From contig NC_068983.1 of assembly GCF_001194135.2 (NCBI RefSeq), positions 7,453,055 through 7,499,524 on the forward strand: a stretch of 46,470 nucleotides of DNA, in the 5' to 3' direction. Positions 1 to 11,289 of the stretch are shown here, piece by piece (position 1 is the first letter of the stretch; every line of letters starts with the position of its first letter). The stretch is from Octopus bimaculoides. Lineage: Eukaryota. The notes under the pieces are model-generated. The model saw nothing but the letters and a program-made list of their open reading frames with translations, was not told where the DNA came from and ran no database searches. Position numbers and translations under genes: made by a program.

Positions 1-19
1 ATATTTATTTATATATATA

Positions 20-690
20 TGCGAGGTGGTACCCACCTTCGGAAAAAAGGTTCGGGTCAACTTCCAGCTGTTCTTTCAGTTCACGACATGCATTCAGTGG
101 TGACCGCTTTTGATCTTCCGTGAGCAAGCGAAGCACACATTTTGCTGCAGCTCTTCATTCGCAGTTCCTCGTTCAAAATTCCTTGGCAGGAGCTCAAGGA
201 CATACCAGTCATATCAACAAGTTCATCAACTGTTCGGCGACGGTCCTTCAAGATCAGTCTATGAATTTTCGTGATGCTTTCGTTCGTTCAGGAAGTCGAC
301 GGTCGCTCTGAACGAGATTGGTCCTCAAGTGACAAGTGACCATTAATAAAACGGGAAAATCACTCGTAAACTTGTGTTTTGCTCATAGCAGCGTCCTTGT
401 AAGCTCTTTGAAGCACCACAGCTGTTTTGGCCGCCGTTTTCCCCAGAAGGAAACATAATTTCATGGAAGCCCGTTGTTCCTTCGTTTAAGCCATCACAAA
501 ATTGGAAAAACAGCGTAGAAGCGCTGCAAAACAAAGACACACCACGTGACAGTATGACTTCAGCCGACGACGCCGGTTGGCAGACTGATACCTGAGGATC
601 GCATCAAGTGGGTTCTAGCGGCAGAGGCTTAAACTACAACGGGCTTGTACCACAGAGAACGTTTTCGGTTATCTTTGTGTACCCATCGTA
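20..690 (-). mobile_element. Internally deleted mariner element (N-terminal DNA-binding part only)
   Basis: Minus-strand frameshifted translation gives EQRASMKLCFLLGKTAAKT..AYKDAAMSKTQVYEWFSRF..G..SLEDQSRSERPSTS..DRRRTVDELVDMTGMS..LEVDPNLFSK. Ends tgcgaggtggtaccca (20-35) and tgtgtacccatcgta (676-690) are imperfect inverted repeats. The catalytic domain is absent. Confidence 0.8.
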
Positions 691-695
691 CATAT

Positions 696-862
696 ATACG
701 ACGGGCTTCTCTACAGTTTTCGTCTATCAAATTTACTCACGAGGCACTAGTCAATCTGGATCTATAGTTGAAAACACTTGCTCAATGTGCTGCATTTCAG
801 GACTGAATCCGAAAACACGTAGTTGTAAAATGAAATTCTGAACCAGACAACTATGTCTGTGC
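696..862 (-). mobile_element. SINE family A, 5' half, degenerate
   Basis: Homologous to the reverse complement of the 6293-6450 head (acgacgggcttc..gaaaacacttgc..ggactgaatcc). Confidence 0.7.
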
Positions 863-1476
863 TTTTCATAATTATATATATATTTGAATATTTAATCCAG
901 AGAGGAGTTGCCGTATTCAAAACATCCCAGGTTTGTGAGATTTCAACGGTGATGTTAAGTATGAATACATTAAAAACCGGGGGATCTGGTATGAATGCTT
1001 ACACGGCAATGGTTAAATTGAATGTTTAAACTCCACTAAAAACACTCAGTGGGCCAGGTGGTGATGTTTATCGTAGTGACACGTTAAACCTATTATCCCA
1101 CTAGACTCTGTTAAAGATATATGAAGGGCCAGATGGTGGTGTTAAACAGGGTGACGTATTATTCATATACAAATTGAACAATAAAAACCTCAATAATGCT
1201 GCAGTAGTAAAGCTTTCAGTATGAGGTGGCCACGACGATAAAACGGTCGTTAACATTTCAAAACCTAATTTTCTCCTCCTCACGATATTCTAAGGTTATC
1301 TAATGATGTTGAACATGTGCATTGCTAAATATCCTCAATTCAAATTTATGGATAAAATTTAAAATAAATAAATTCAAAATAATATTAAATAATTCACATA
1401 AAATAAATATAAATATAGATATAAATGAAATAAATTAAAATATAAGCTGAAATATAAATAAATTAAAATATAAATA

Positions 1477-2676
1477 TTAGGTTGTCAAGAAAGTTCTTGT
1501 GGAATTTTAATTTTGATTTTAAATGTTGTATTTTTAGATTAATTTTCCATAAATTACTTTGACTTTATATATCATTTTAAAACCCGTTTTTCGCTCTATC
1601 TAATCGTGTTACACTTTTTCCTTTTGAGTAATTAGGCCATTTTTTCCAGAACGTGGAATACAACATGGACAAAAAACAAGTTCGCACAATTTTCTTATTC
1701 CAGTTCAAGCTAGGCCGAAAAGCTGCTGAAACAGCTCGCGATATTAACGATGCGTTTAGCCCAAGAACCACTAATGAACGTACACCACAATGATGGTTCA
1801 AGAAATTTCGTAGCGGTGATGAGAGTCTTGAAGATGATAAGCGTAGTGGTCGGCCATCGGATGCTGACAACGATCAACTTAGTCGAAGCCAGTCCACGCA
1901 CAACTGTTCGAGAGCTTGCTTCTGAATTAGGCGTAGCGTATACAATTTCCAACCACTTGAAAAAGATTGGAAAAACAAAAATATTTGAGAAATGGTTGCC
2001 GCACGAATTGGACGACAACCAGAAAAAACGCCGTTTTGAAGTGTCGTCTTCCCTTCTTTTACGCAACAAGAACGATCCGTTTCCCGACCGGATTGTGACT
2101 TGCGATGAAAAGTGGATTCTTTACGACAACCNNNNNNNNNNNNNNNNNNNNNNNNNNNNNNNNNNNNNNNNNNNNNNNNNNNNNNNNNNNNNNNNNNNNN
2201 NNNNNNNNNNNNNNNNNNNNNNNNNNNNNNNNNNNNNNNNNNNNNNNNNNNNNNNNNNNNNNNNNNNNNNNNATTGGTAAATAGAAAAGGACCAATTCTT
2301 CTCTACGACAACGCTCGGCCGCACGTCGCACAACTGACCCCGCAGAAGTTGAACGAATTGGGCTACGAAACTCTGCCTCATCCGCCACACTCACCAGACC
2401 TCTCACCTAGAGACTACCACTTTTTCAAGCATCTCGACATCTTCCTGCGTGAGAAATGCTTCAAAAACCAAGACGATGCCAAACACGCCTTCAACGACTT
2501 CATCGCCACCAGAACGCAAGATTTTTACGCTGTTGGCGTAAATAAACTCGTTTCGTGTTGGCAAAAGTTGTTGATTCTGATGGTGTTTATTTCGATTAAT
2601 AAAGCTTTGTTTGAGCCGAGATATGTGCACCTGAATTCAAAGGTTAACAACCGCAAGAACATTCTTAACAACCTAA
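1477..2676 (+). mobile_element. Full-length Hsmar1-like (cecropia-type) mariner with TIRs and TA target duplication
   Basis: TA|ttaggttgtcaagaaagttcttgtgg at 1475 and ccgcaagaacattcttaacaacctaa|TA ending 2678, enclosing a mariner transposase remnant. Confidence 0.92.
1665..2599 (+). pseudogene. Mariner transposase pseudogene (stop, frameshifts, N gap)
   Basis: MDKKQVRTIFLFQFKLGRKAAETARDIN..*WFKKFRSGDESLEDDKRSGRPS; WLPHEL; IVTCDEKWILYDN; ILLYDNARPH; PHSPDLSPRDYHFF. Confidence 0.93.
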
Positions 2677-3186
2677 TATAAATACAAATATAAATATAGA
2701 TAAAATAAATTTAAATGAATCTAAATAAAATAAATTTAAAATGATTTAAAATAAATAAATTTATTTAAAATAAAATGAATAAAATGTTGAGTAAATATTT
2801 CCAGTTCAAATTTTCAGAGATTTGTAAACTTGTGTCTGCCGTTAGGAAATTTGATCCTTAAATGTAATATAGAGCGTCCATTGCGAGGCGATTCACAAAT
2901 TCTTCTATTCTTAATAGAGTGCTTGGTGTCTTTGTACATTTAGGTGATGCTGTCCGTTAAGAATCTATTTTAGATTTCCGGAAATAGTTTGCTACGTTGA
3001 ATAACCTTGATATAAGAACAGCAATTGACGCAGGGAAGTGATAGTGAAGTCCTGATCAATGGAGTAAGTTCTGGGAGGCTATGATGAGCGGACATGGAGA
3101 GTTAGGGGATTCTTTTACGCTAACACCTCAGGAAGCGAAAGTTTCGTCATATCTCAGGTTTGCAAGAAGCCGATAGCTAGACAGCC

Positions 3187-3491
3187 TCATATATCGTGAA
3201 CGACACCACAGTGAATTGAATCTGCCACCCTCGTTTGAGTTTCTTGCTGTAGTATAAGTTCATCTGGGATCTTGGAAAGCAAAAGGTCAAGGTGCTTTTT
3301 CAAAGGATCTTTCCCCACTCCATGTAAATGTCTCAGATTTTTTGTTAAGATATCAAATAGCTGTAGGCCTTTAAATCCCAAGCTATCGCTGTACCCGGTC
3401 TTTACACGGAAGGGGATGGACAGCACCTTTGGAACAGAGCAGTGGCGTCCTCTTTTGAGGCTGGTATAAGTGTCGATGCCAAAATTCGGTG

Positions 3492-3500
<9 letters not shown>
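3187..3500 (-). mobile_element. 3' end of ORF2 of a CR1/L2-group (Daphne/Crack-like) LINE
   Basis: PNFGIDTY..KRGRHCSVP..YSDSLGFKGLQLFDIL..LR.LHG..KKHLDLLLSKIPDE matches the post-RT C-terminal pattern of this LINE group. Clade assignment is from memory. Confidence 0.7.
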
Positions 3501-3557
<57 letters not shown>

Positions 3558-3683
3558 TATATGTCTGTATGTAAGAATGTATATTTGTGTGTGTGTGTGT
3601 GTGTGTGTGTAAGTGTGTGTGTGTGTATGCGTGCGTATATAAACGTATTTATACGTGCATATATGTATCTCCATATACACACA

Positions 3684-4931
3684 CAGGGGTCGGACAAAAT
3701 AATGGAAGAACCTTAAAATTTCGAACAAATTTATTTATAATATGGGGTAAGTCCACCTTCGGCAGTAATTACAGTTTGAATTCTACGATGTATGGACTCG
3801 TACAAAGTTTGAATTGTTTCCAAAGGAATTTTTGTTTATTCTTCAGCTAAAACAGTTTCCAGTTCATGTAGTGATGACGGTAGAGGATATCGACTCCTTA
3901 CTTGTTTTTCTAAAATGCACCATAAATGTTTAATAATATTAAGATCTGGGGACTGTGGTGGCCAGATAAGATGTTCAACTTCACTAGAATGTTCCTCATG
4001 CCGTTCAGTAACAACTTTAGCTGTGAGAATTGGTGCATTATCATTCTGAAAGAGTGTGTTGCCCTCCGGAAACAGTTCTGCAACCATAGGATGAATTTGA
4101 TCAGATAAAATGCTTAAATAGCCTTGACTATTAATTTTGCCATGAAGGGAAACCATTGGGCCGGCGGATCTCCATTATATAGACCCACCCAGATCATCAT
4201 AGATCCTCCTCCATGTTTAACAGCTGGAAGAAGGCAGTCTGGGTCAAATGCTTTTTTTGGTTCTCTCCACATGTATACTTGGCTGGTGGTCGGAAATAAG
4301 GTAAAGGATGACTCATCCGAGAAAATAACATTCTTCCACTGTTCTAGGAACCAATTCTGTAGGTTTCTACTCCACTCTAAATGCTTTGCAACGTTTGTTT
4401 TTGAAAGTAGTGATTTCTGATTGCAGCCCTCCTATGAAATCCGGCTTTGTGCAGCTCCCGGCGAGGAGTTTTTGTGGAAACTGGGTTCTCGAGGTAGTCA
4501 TTAAGCTCTGCAGTAATTTTGGGAGCTGTACTTTTGTGATCCTTTCTAACAATTCGCGTAAGAGTCCGATGGCCCCCATCTGACACTTTTGGTTTTCTTC
4601 CGGAGTTTTGTTTCGACGATAAGGTTTTTCCTTCTTTCTCAAAGGATGTCATTACTTTCGAGACAGTACTTCTTGATACACTAAGCATTTCGGCTGTTTT
4701 GGTTACGCTAGCGCCTGCCATACGAGCACCAACAATTTGACCTCTTTGAAAGTCCGATATCTTTTTCTGATGATATCTGAAAAGAAAGAGCAATTTTAGC
4801 AAAACATATTAAGCAACACTAATAATAAATCAAATAGCATAAACAATAAACAAACTTTTGACGGTTTTATAGATATTTCAAAATTATGATGTTATGATGC
4901 TAGGTGTTTCCATTATTTTGTTCAACCCCTG
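3684..4931 (-). mobile_element. Full-length Tc1-type transposon (about 1.25 kb) with about 30-bp TIRs
   Basis: caggggtcggacaaaataatggaagaacct at 3684; aggtgtttccattattttgttcaacccctg|TA ending 4931. Confidence 0.92.
3790..4770 (-). pseudogene. Tc1-type transposase pseudogene, D-36-E spacing (E mutated to K)
   Basis: SDFQRGQIVGARMAGASVTKTA..SRSTVSKV..GRKPK; VIFSDESSFTLF; KHGGGS; FQNDNAPI; WPPQSPDLNII(K)HLW. Confidence 0.9.
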
Positions 4932-5496
4932 TATGATCATTAGAACTCCTATCACTCCCTCCAGTTTTAATTAAGACTCCAGACTTATGCAGGAAAAATC
5001 TGCCAAACTTATCCTCTGATAGGGAAATTACATTTAATAAATTATATGATTATAAAAAACATATACTTTATATTTCAATTTATCAGAAAAGAAAAGAAAA
5101 TCACTGTTGTGTATAATTAATTCACTATTTAAAAGAAAAAAAAACTCGTAGATAATCGAAAATCATAAAAAATATGAAATAAAATAGACATTGAATGCTG
5201 CAGATTGTATTTTATGCTGTTAACTGTGGGAGGCTCATATTATTTGCAGCAATTTCACGGTCTATTGCAATTACTTTTAGTGGAGATACAGAGTTAATAT
5301 TGAACAAAGCATCATGAATAATTCTAAACTATCAAATAAGGTAGTTTAGTGTATCAGCTCTGATATCGAATCCTTATAACGGTATGAATACGAACAAGAA
5401 ATTCAGTACAGCTTTAATGTCCCCTGTAGAAGAGGGTTATACAATCGGGTTTAGAACAAAAAAGCACGACCCTCTTAAAATGTAGATTTTATTTTG

Positions 5497-5888
5497 TCTT
5501 ACTTGTTTTAGTCAATGGACAGCAGCCATGCTAGAGCACCGCTTTTAAGGGTACAGTCAAATATAGTGATCCCAGTACTGATATTTTGTTTTAAAATTCT
5601 AGTACTTATTCTATCGGTATCTTTTGCCAACTTAGTTACGGCGGCGTAAACAAACCAACACTGGTTGACAGCCTTTACGTGGAGGGCGTGACAAATACAC
5701 GCACACACATACATATATCTCTATATATACACGTCGGGCTCTTTTCAGTTTTCCTCTACCAAATTCGCTCACAAGGCATTGGTCGACCCAGGGCTATTGT
5801 GGAAGATACTTGCCCAAGGTGCTGTGCAGTGGAACTGAACCCGAAATAACGTAGTTGCAAAGGGTCCTTTTTAACCAGTCAGCCAAGT
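5497..5888 (-). mobile_element. SINE family A, near full length, diverged
   Basis: Both halves match the reverse complement of 6293-6724, with a short (TA)n linker. Confidence 0.8.
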
Positions 5889-6292
5889 CTTGGCCTCTTG
5901 GCATGCATACGACTACATAAGACATATTTCCGTTTTCGACAGACAAGGCCCTCAACTCAGATGATTTGCGGTGTATTATTTAGCGTTTTAAACTGGCTTA
6001 CTATTTATACACTCTACCATTTGTTAGATTGAGTACTTCATTCAAAAAGGAATGTCTGTGTATGTGTATACATGTATGTGTGTGTGTTCTTCTGTGTATG
6101 TATGCGGGTGCAATGAGCAAAGGCTGCTGATTTCTTACGTTCTGGGTATTTTGGTTCTTTGTAGCTCCACCATCTTAATTATTTTCATTGAACCCTTTCA
6201 ATGTACCTGACTCTCGGCAAGAATGCGACAAACGTCGACTATTAGCATCATCTGAAAATACAAAAATTTCTAAAAATGAACAATGGACAATA

Positions 6293-6452
6293 GGTAGGAG
6301 TGGCTGTGTGGTAAGTAGCTTGCTTACGAACCACATGGTTCCGGGTTCAGTCCCACCGCGTGGCACCTTGGGCAAGTGTCTTCTACTATAGCCTCGGGCC
6401 GACCAAAGCCTTGTGAGTGGATTTGGTAGACGGAAACTGAAAGAGGTCTGTC

Positions 6453-6516
<64 letters not shown>

Positions 6517-6724
6517 ATATGATTGTGTGTCTGTGTTTGTCCCCCCAACATCGCTTGACAAGCTATGCTGGTGTGTTTACGTCGCCGTAACTTAGCGGTT
6601 CGGCAAAAGAGACCGATAGAATAAGTACTAGGCTTACAAAGAATGAGTCATGGGGTCGATTTACTCGACTGAAGGTGGTGCTCCAGCGTGGCCAAAGTCA
6701 AATGACTGAAACAAGTAAAAGAGT
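6293..6724 (+). mobile_element. SINE family A (tRNA-like head, internal microsatellite, 3' module); reference copy
   Basis: A-box-like tggctgtgtggt, B-box-like ggttcagtccc, ccttgggcaag, (TA)n(TG)n linker, then taagtac..ggggtcgat..ctccagc.tggcc..gaaacaagtaaaagag. More than 12 copies in the window. Confidence 0.92.
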
Positions 6725-6769
6725 AATGGTACCTCTTTACGGTCGGTGGTCAACCAGTTTGTTGGATAT

Positions 6770-6960
6770 ACAAGCTAATTTAAACTTGCAGTGAATTTCA
6801 CTCTACTATCTTAAAATCTGCGAGGCGTTATCATGAAATGTAATTCTAAATACACTGTATCTCAAAAACAAAAGACGTGGCACCCACAAATGGAACGCTT
6901 TTGATCGTTGGTTTGCTCAATCACTACTGCCGTGGTGTTAAGCAACTAGACCAAAAACGA
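6770..6960 (+). mobile_element. Fragment of a fourth interspersed repeat (family D); related pieces at 13690-13960 (-), 15575-15620 (+), 37690-37770 (+)
   Basis: Shared degenerate motifs agaaatagc, aatcacac.ctac..tctt and aaagac..g..ggaa.gc.t.tg among these loci. Confidence 0.4.
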
Positions 6961-7952
6961 CAATGGTTACAAGAATAAGGACAATGACGTCGACGACGAC
7001 GACGACGACTTGAAAGGTCAATTGATCTTAGCAAACGTTCAACTCCTCCTGGTTAAAGAAAATCATTCAACGCAAGAGATCGGTCGCCTCTTGTGTCTTT
7101 TGTAGCAATTCTTTGACCGAACATTTAATTGTACTTGGTTCGAAACTTCGCTTGTGAAACACAATGAGAAATATTTTTTTTTAAATCATTACTTTTCTAT
7201 CTGCAATAGAGAAAGGATAAATTGAAGTCAGGACATAAGGTTAAGAGAAACGAGAACAGACGTCAAATATTATTGTGTAAGATAAAGAACTGCTACTGAG
7301 CCGCTATTTACGCTGGTGTGGCAAACGGTACGACATAATCCACAAACTTAACACCTACTGTGTGGTATCTAACAGGTTGCATGTTGCCATTGGCTTGATT
7401 GGATATAAATTCAGAACCTGACCCGAGAAAAATCATTCTTAGAACCATAAAACAGTGTTTCAAAGCCAGATTTACTTGACAGCTGTGAAGTCTAGCTATT
7501 GCGGCAAGCTGTTATCTGCTCGATTAAACAATGCTATAAAATATATTCACGCTGCTAACAATAATACTTCTTTCGTTATTGAATAGCAAATATAGCTTTT
7601 CTTCTGTTAAGAAAAGAAGACTTAAAGTAAGCCATCGAATGTTGGTTAATTTACTGGAACGTCTGGCTAAACGTCTCGTTAAAATAGATAATTAGTTCAG
7701 AAAATGGAGGGCTTTCTTTCCCGTGTTCGTACCTCCCACTAACAGAGCTAAGGACAACGAGATGTAACTAGAAAGAAAAAAAGGGAGAAGGAGAAGGGGA
7801 GAGAGGGAGAGATAGAGAGAGATAGACACTCTTCGACATGTCTTACTAAAGTTCATGAGTCGAAGCTTTGAGGCAATGTGCTAAAACAAACCTATTGGTT
7901 AACTTGGGTATTCAAGATTGCATATTTTCAGCTGGTGATTCAATGCTTGATA

Positions 7953-8350
7953 CAGCAGTGGCTGTGTGGTAAATAGATTGCTTACCAAACACATGGTTTC
8001 GGTTTCAGTCCCACTGCGTGGCACCTTAGGCAAGTGTCTTCTACTATAGCCTCAAGCTGATCAAAGCCTTATGAGTAGATTTGGTAGATGGAAACTGAAA
8101 GAAGCCCGTTGTATGTGTGTGTGTGTGTGTGTGAGTATGTTTGTGTGTCTGTGTTTGTTCCCCCACCATCGCTTGACAAACGATGATGGTGTGTTTATGT
8201 CCCCGTAACTTAGCGGTTCAGTAAAAGTGACCGATGGAATAAGTACTAGGCTTACAAAAATAAGTTCTGGGGTCAATTTCTTCGACTAAAAGCGGTGCTC
8301 CAGCATGGCCGCGGTCAAAATGACTGAAACAAGTAAAAGAATTAAAAGAA
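7953..8350 (+). mobile_element. SINE family A, full length
   Basis: Same head and 3' module as 6293-6724, with a (TG)n linker. Confidence 0.9.
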
Positions 8351-8475
8351 TGTGTGTGTGTGTGTGTGTAGTAGTAGTAGTTTATAAGCTTAAAGCTTAT
8401 AAGCGATCACCGCTTAATTGTTCAATTAAATGGAGTTGCATGAAACGATCGTACTGCATTACCTCTGGATATCCT

Positions 8476-8694
8476 TGTTGTCCCCCACCACCGCTTGACA
8501 ACTGGTGTTAGTGCATTTACGTCTCACTAAACTAGCAGTTCGACAAAAGAGACCGATAGAATAAGTACCAGGCTTTAAAAAAAAAACAGACAAAAAGAGT
8601 ACTGGGTTAGATTCTTTCGACTAAAACTCTTCAAAGTGGTGCCCCAGAATGGCCGCAGTCAAATGATTGAAACAAGAAAAGGGATTAAAGAATG
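8476..8694 (+). mobile_element. SINE family A, 3' half only
   Basis: cgcttgacaac..gaccgatagaataagtac..gtgccccag.atggccgcagtc..gaaacaag; no head present. Confidence 0.85.
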
Positions 8695-8938
8695 AAATGC
8701 CATAACCAGAAAAGAACATTATCCTAATCACATAAGTTAACTGTTTAGACTTATCGATAATTATCGCCAGTAAATTAACTAATATTTAATTTGATGCTTG
8801 TTTATTTAATTGTCTTTTTTTTGTTGTTGTCTTTGTTGTGGTGGTGAGTGGGTTGTTAGTGATGTTAATTACGCTACTGTTAATTGCAGTTGTTGATTGA
8901 TGGTGTCGATGATATCACTGTTGACGTTGTTAACCGTC

Positions 8939-8939
<1 letters not shown>

Positions 8940-9012
<73 letters not shown>

Positions 9013-9061
9013 AGCTGCAGTTACTTCCTCTAATAACTGCATCATCATCATCATCATCATC

Positions 9062-9102
<41 letters not shown>

Positions 9103-9212
9103 CAATTATTGTTTCTGCTGCTGTGAATGGATTCTTGTTGCAGCAGGAGCAGCAGCAGCAGAAGTAGTAGTAGTAGTAGTGGTAGTAGTAGTAGTGGTGG
9201 TGGTGGTGGTGA

Positions 9213-9264
<52 letters not shown>

Positions 9265-9357
9265 TATAATTGTTGCTGCTGCTGCTGTTGCTTCTCTACC
9301 TATTATTACTGTTGCCGCTTTGATGGTGGCTGTTATTATTATTATTATTATTACTGC

Positions 9358-9388
<31 letters not shown>

Positions 9389-9474
9389 ATTACTGTTGTT
9401 GCCGATGTTACCACCATTGGTGTTCTTATGACTGTTTATGTTGCTGTTATAATTATTGCAGTTACTTTTGTTGC

Positions 9475-9511
<37 letters not shown>

Positions 9512-9530
9512 GCTAGTGTTGTTGCTGGCA
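8940..9530. repeat. Compound trinucleotide microsatellite (TTA, TCA, TAG, TGG, TGC, TTG)
   Basis: Read directly. It explains the poly-I/S/V/T/C/N ORFs. Confidence 0.97.
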
Positions 9531-9639
9531 TTTACCAAAGCTGTGCAGATAATCAAAAACAGCGTCTCCCGAGAATTGTCTTGCTGCTAAAACGTGCCAT
9601 GACGCTATCTGATGATCGCTCTGTGATGACACATGCATA

Positions 9640-9682
9640 AACACACACACACACACACACACACACATGCCAGCGCATACAT

Positions 9683-9718
<36 letters not shown>

Positions 9719-9890
9719 ACATATACACATAAACGCACACTCAAAATATACATACAACAGTACAAAAGCGTATGCGGACGCACGTACGTTCACAATTTGG
9801 CACACGTAAAAGCCGCTGACAAATATAAACATACGCATATGTATATACACATATGCAACCATATTAGTATATACTCAATTACACATATTC

Positions 9891-9926
<36 letters not shown>

Positions 9927-10182
9927 CACGCATACGGTATATATAGAGTAGTATAAGCAGACATACGTAGGTACATACTAATATATGCATACGCATAAAC
10001 ACATACATTGAGTAGCACACGTAAAATGCATACACCCAAACACTCAGAAACATATATACATACAGCTGCATAGATGCATGTACATAGATGTAGACACAAA
10101 TATACCGCCATCTTTGCTTACTGTCGTCAGTACATATATTTGGCCAAATAATATTCCATTGATTGTGTGTATATGCGTAAGC

Positions 10183-10228
<46 letters not shown>
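9640..10228. repeat. (CA)n/TA-rich low-complexity tract ending in (TATC)n at the gap edge
   Basis: Read directly. Confidence 0.9.
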
Positions 10229-11289
10229 NNNNNNNNNNNNNNNNNNNNNNNNNNNNNNNNNNNNNNNNNNNNNNNNNNNNNNNNNNNNNNNNNNNNNNNN
10301 NNNNNNNNNNNNNNNNNNNNNNNNNNNNNNNNNNNNNNNNNNNNNNNNNNNNNNNNNNNNNNNNNNNNNNNNNNNNNNNNNNNNNNNNNNNNNNNNNNNN
10401 NNNNNNNNNNNNNNNNNNNNNNNNNNNNNNNNNNTATTTATATAACTATTTATGTATATATATGTGTGTGTGTGTGTTTATATTTATATATGTATGTATT
10501 TACACACACACAAATATGTATGTATGTATGTATGTATGTATATGCATAAATGAATGCATATATACATAACTATATCTATATGTGTGCATGCATGATTATA
10601 TATTTTTGTCTGCATGCGTATTTCTCTCTCTTTCTCCCTTCTCTTTCTCCCTTCTCTTTCTCCCTTCATGTTCACAAATTCGACTAAATGATATTTCAAT
10701 GGCAACGAAGGATTAAGAAGAAGAAAAAGAAGAAAAAGAAAGAGGAGGACTAAAAAAAGAAAGAGCGGGAGGAGAAAAAGAAGAACAACTACAACAATTT
10801 CTACAACAACAACAACAACAACAATGAGAAGAATAACAACAAACAACTACAAGATACCAAATACCTGATCAATTTTTATTTATTTTCATTTACTAATGGC
10901 GCCCTACCACTTCCGATCCAAATCCAATGTTGTGATTGGACTGATTTTATCGACGTTACTTTGTCTCACATCCTCTTCCCCTCTCCCCTTCACTCACACT
11001 GAACGTATTCTATTTGACATTTGAAACAAAATCATCTGGATTTTTTTTTTGCTTATTTTTCCTCCTCTTCACAGTACGGAATTAGTTGTTAAAACATCCT
11101 CAACAAACAGAGTTTCTTCAAAGCCAACAGTGTTATTTTCTGTTTTGCCTTGTTTTTCTTTTTTTTTTTTCGTTTTGTTTTGGTGCTGTATTGGGGAAAA
11201 ACTACATCAAAAACAAAACCAAAATAGATCTGGGGCGCTTTTGCTTTTTTTGCATTGTATTTAATAAAAATAGATGCCTTTTACAATTC

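Noticed and set aside
6293-6370. SINE heads as genuine tRNA genes
   Set aside because: A/B boxes are present, but I cannot fold a complete cloverleaf, and the heads continue into multi-copy SINE bodies.
9606-9630. CTGATGA motif; similar hits near 4766, 12563 and 14371
   Set aside because: No correctly placed stem II, GAAA and NUH site.
8897-9640. 247-aa ORF and overlapping ORFs
   Set aside because: Translations of triplet microsatellites.
11049-11264. Strong-looking splice acceptor (polypyrimidine..cacag)
   Set aside because: No convincing donor; the open frame runs into low-complexity T-rich sequence.
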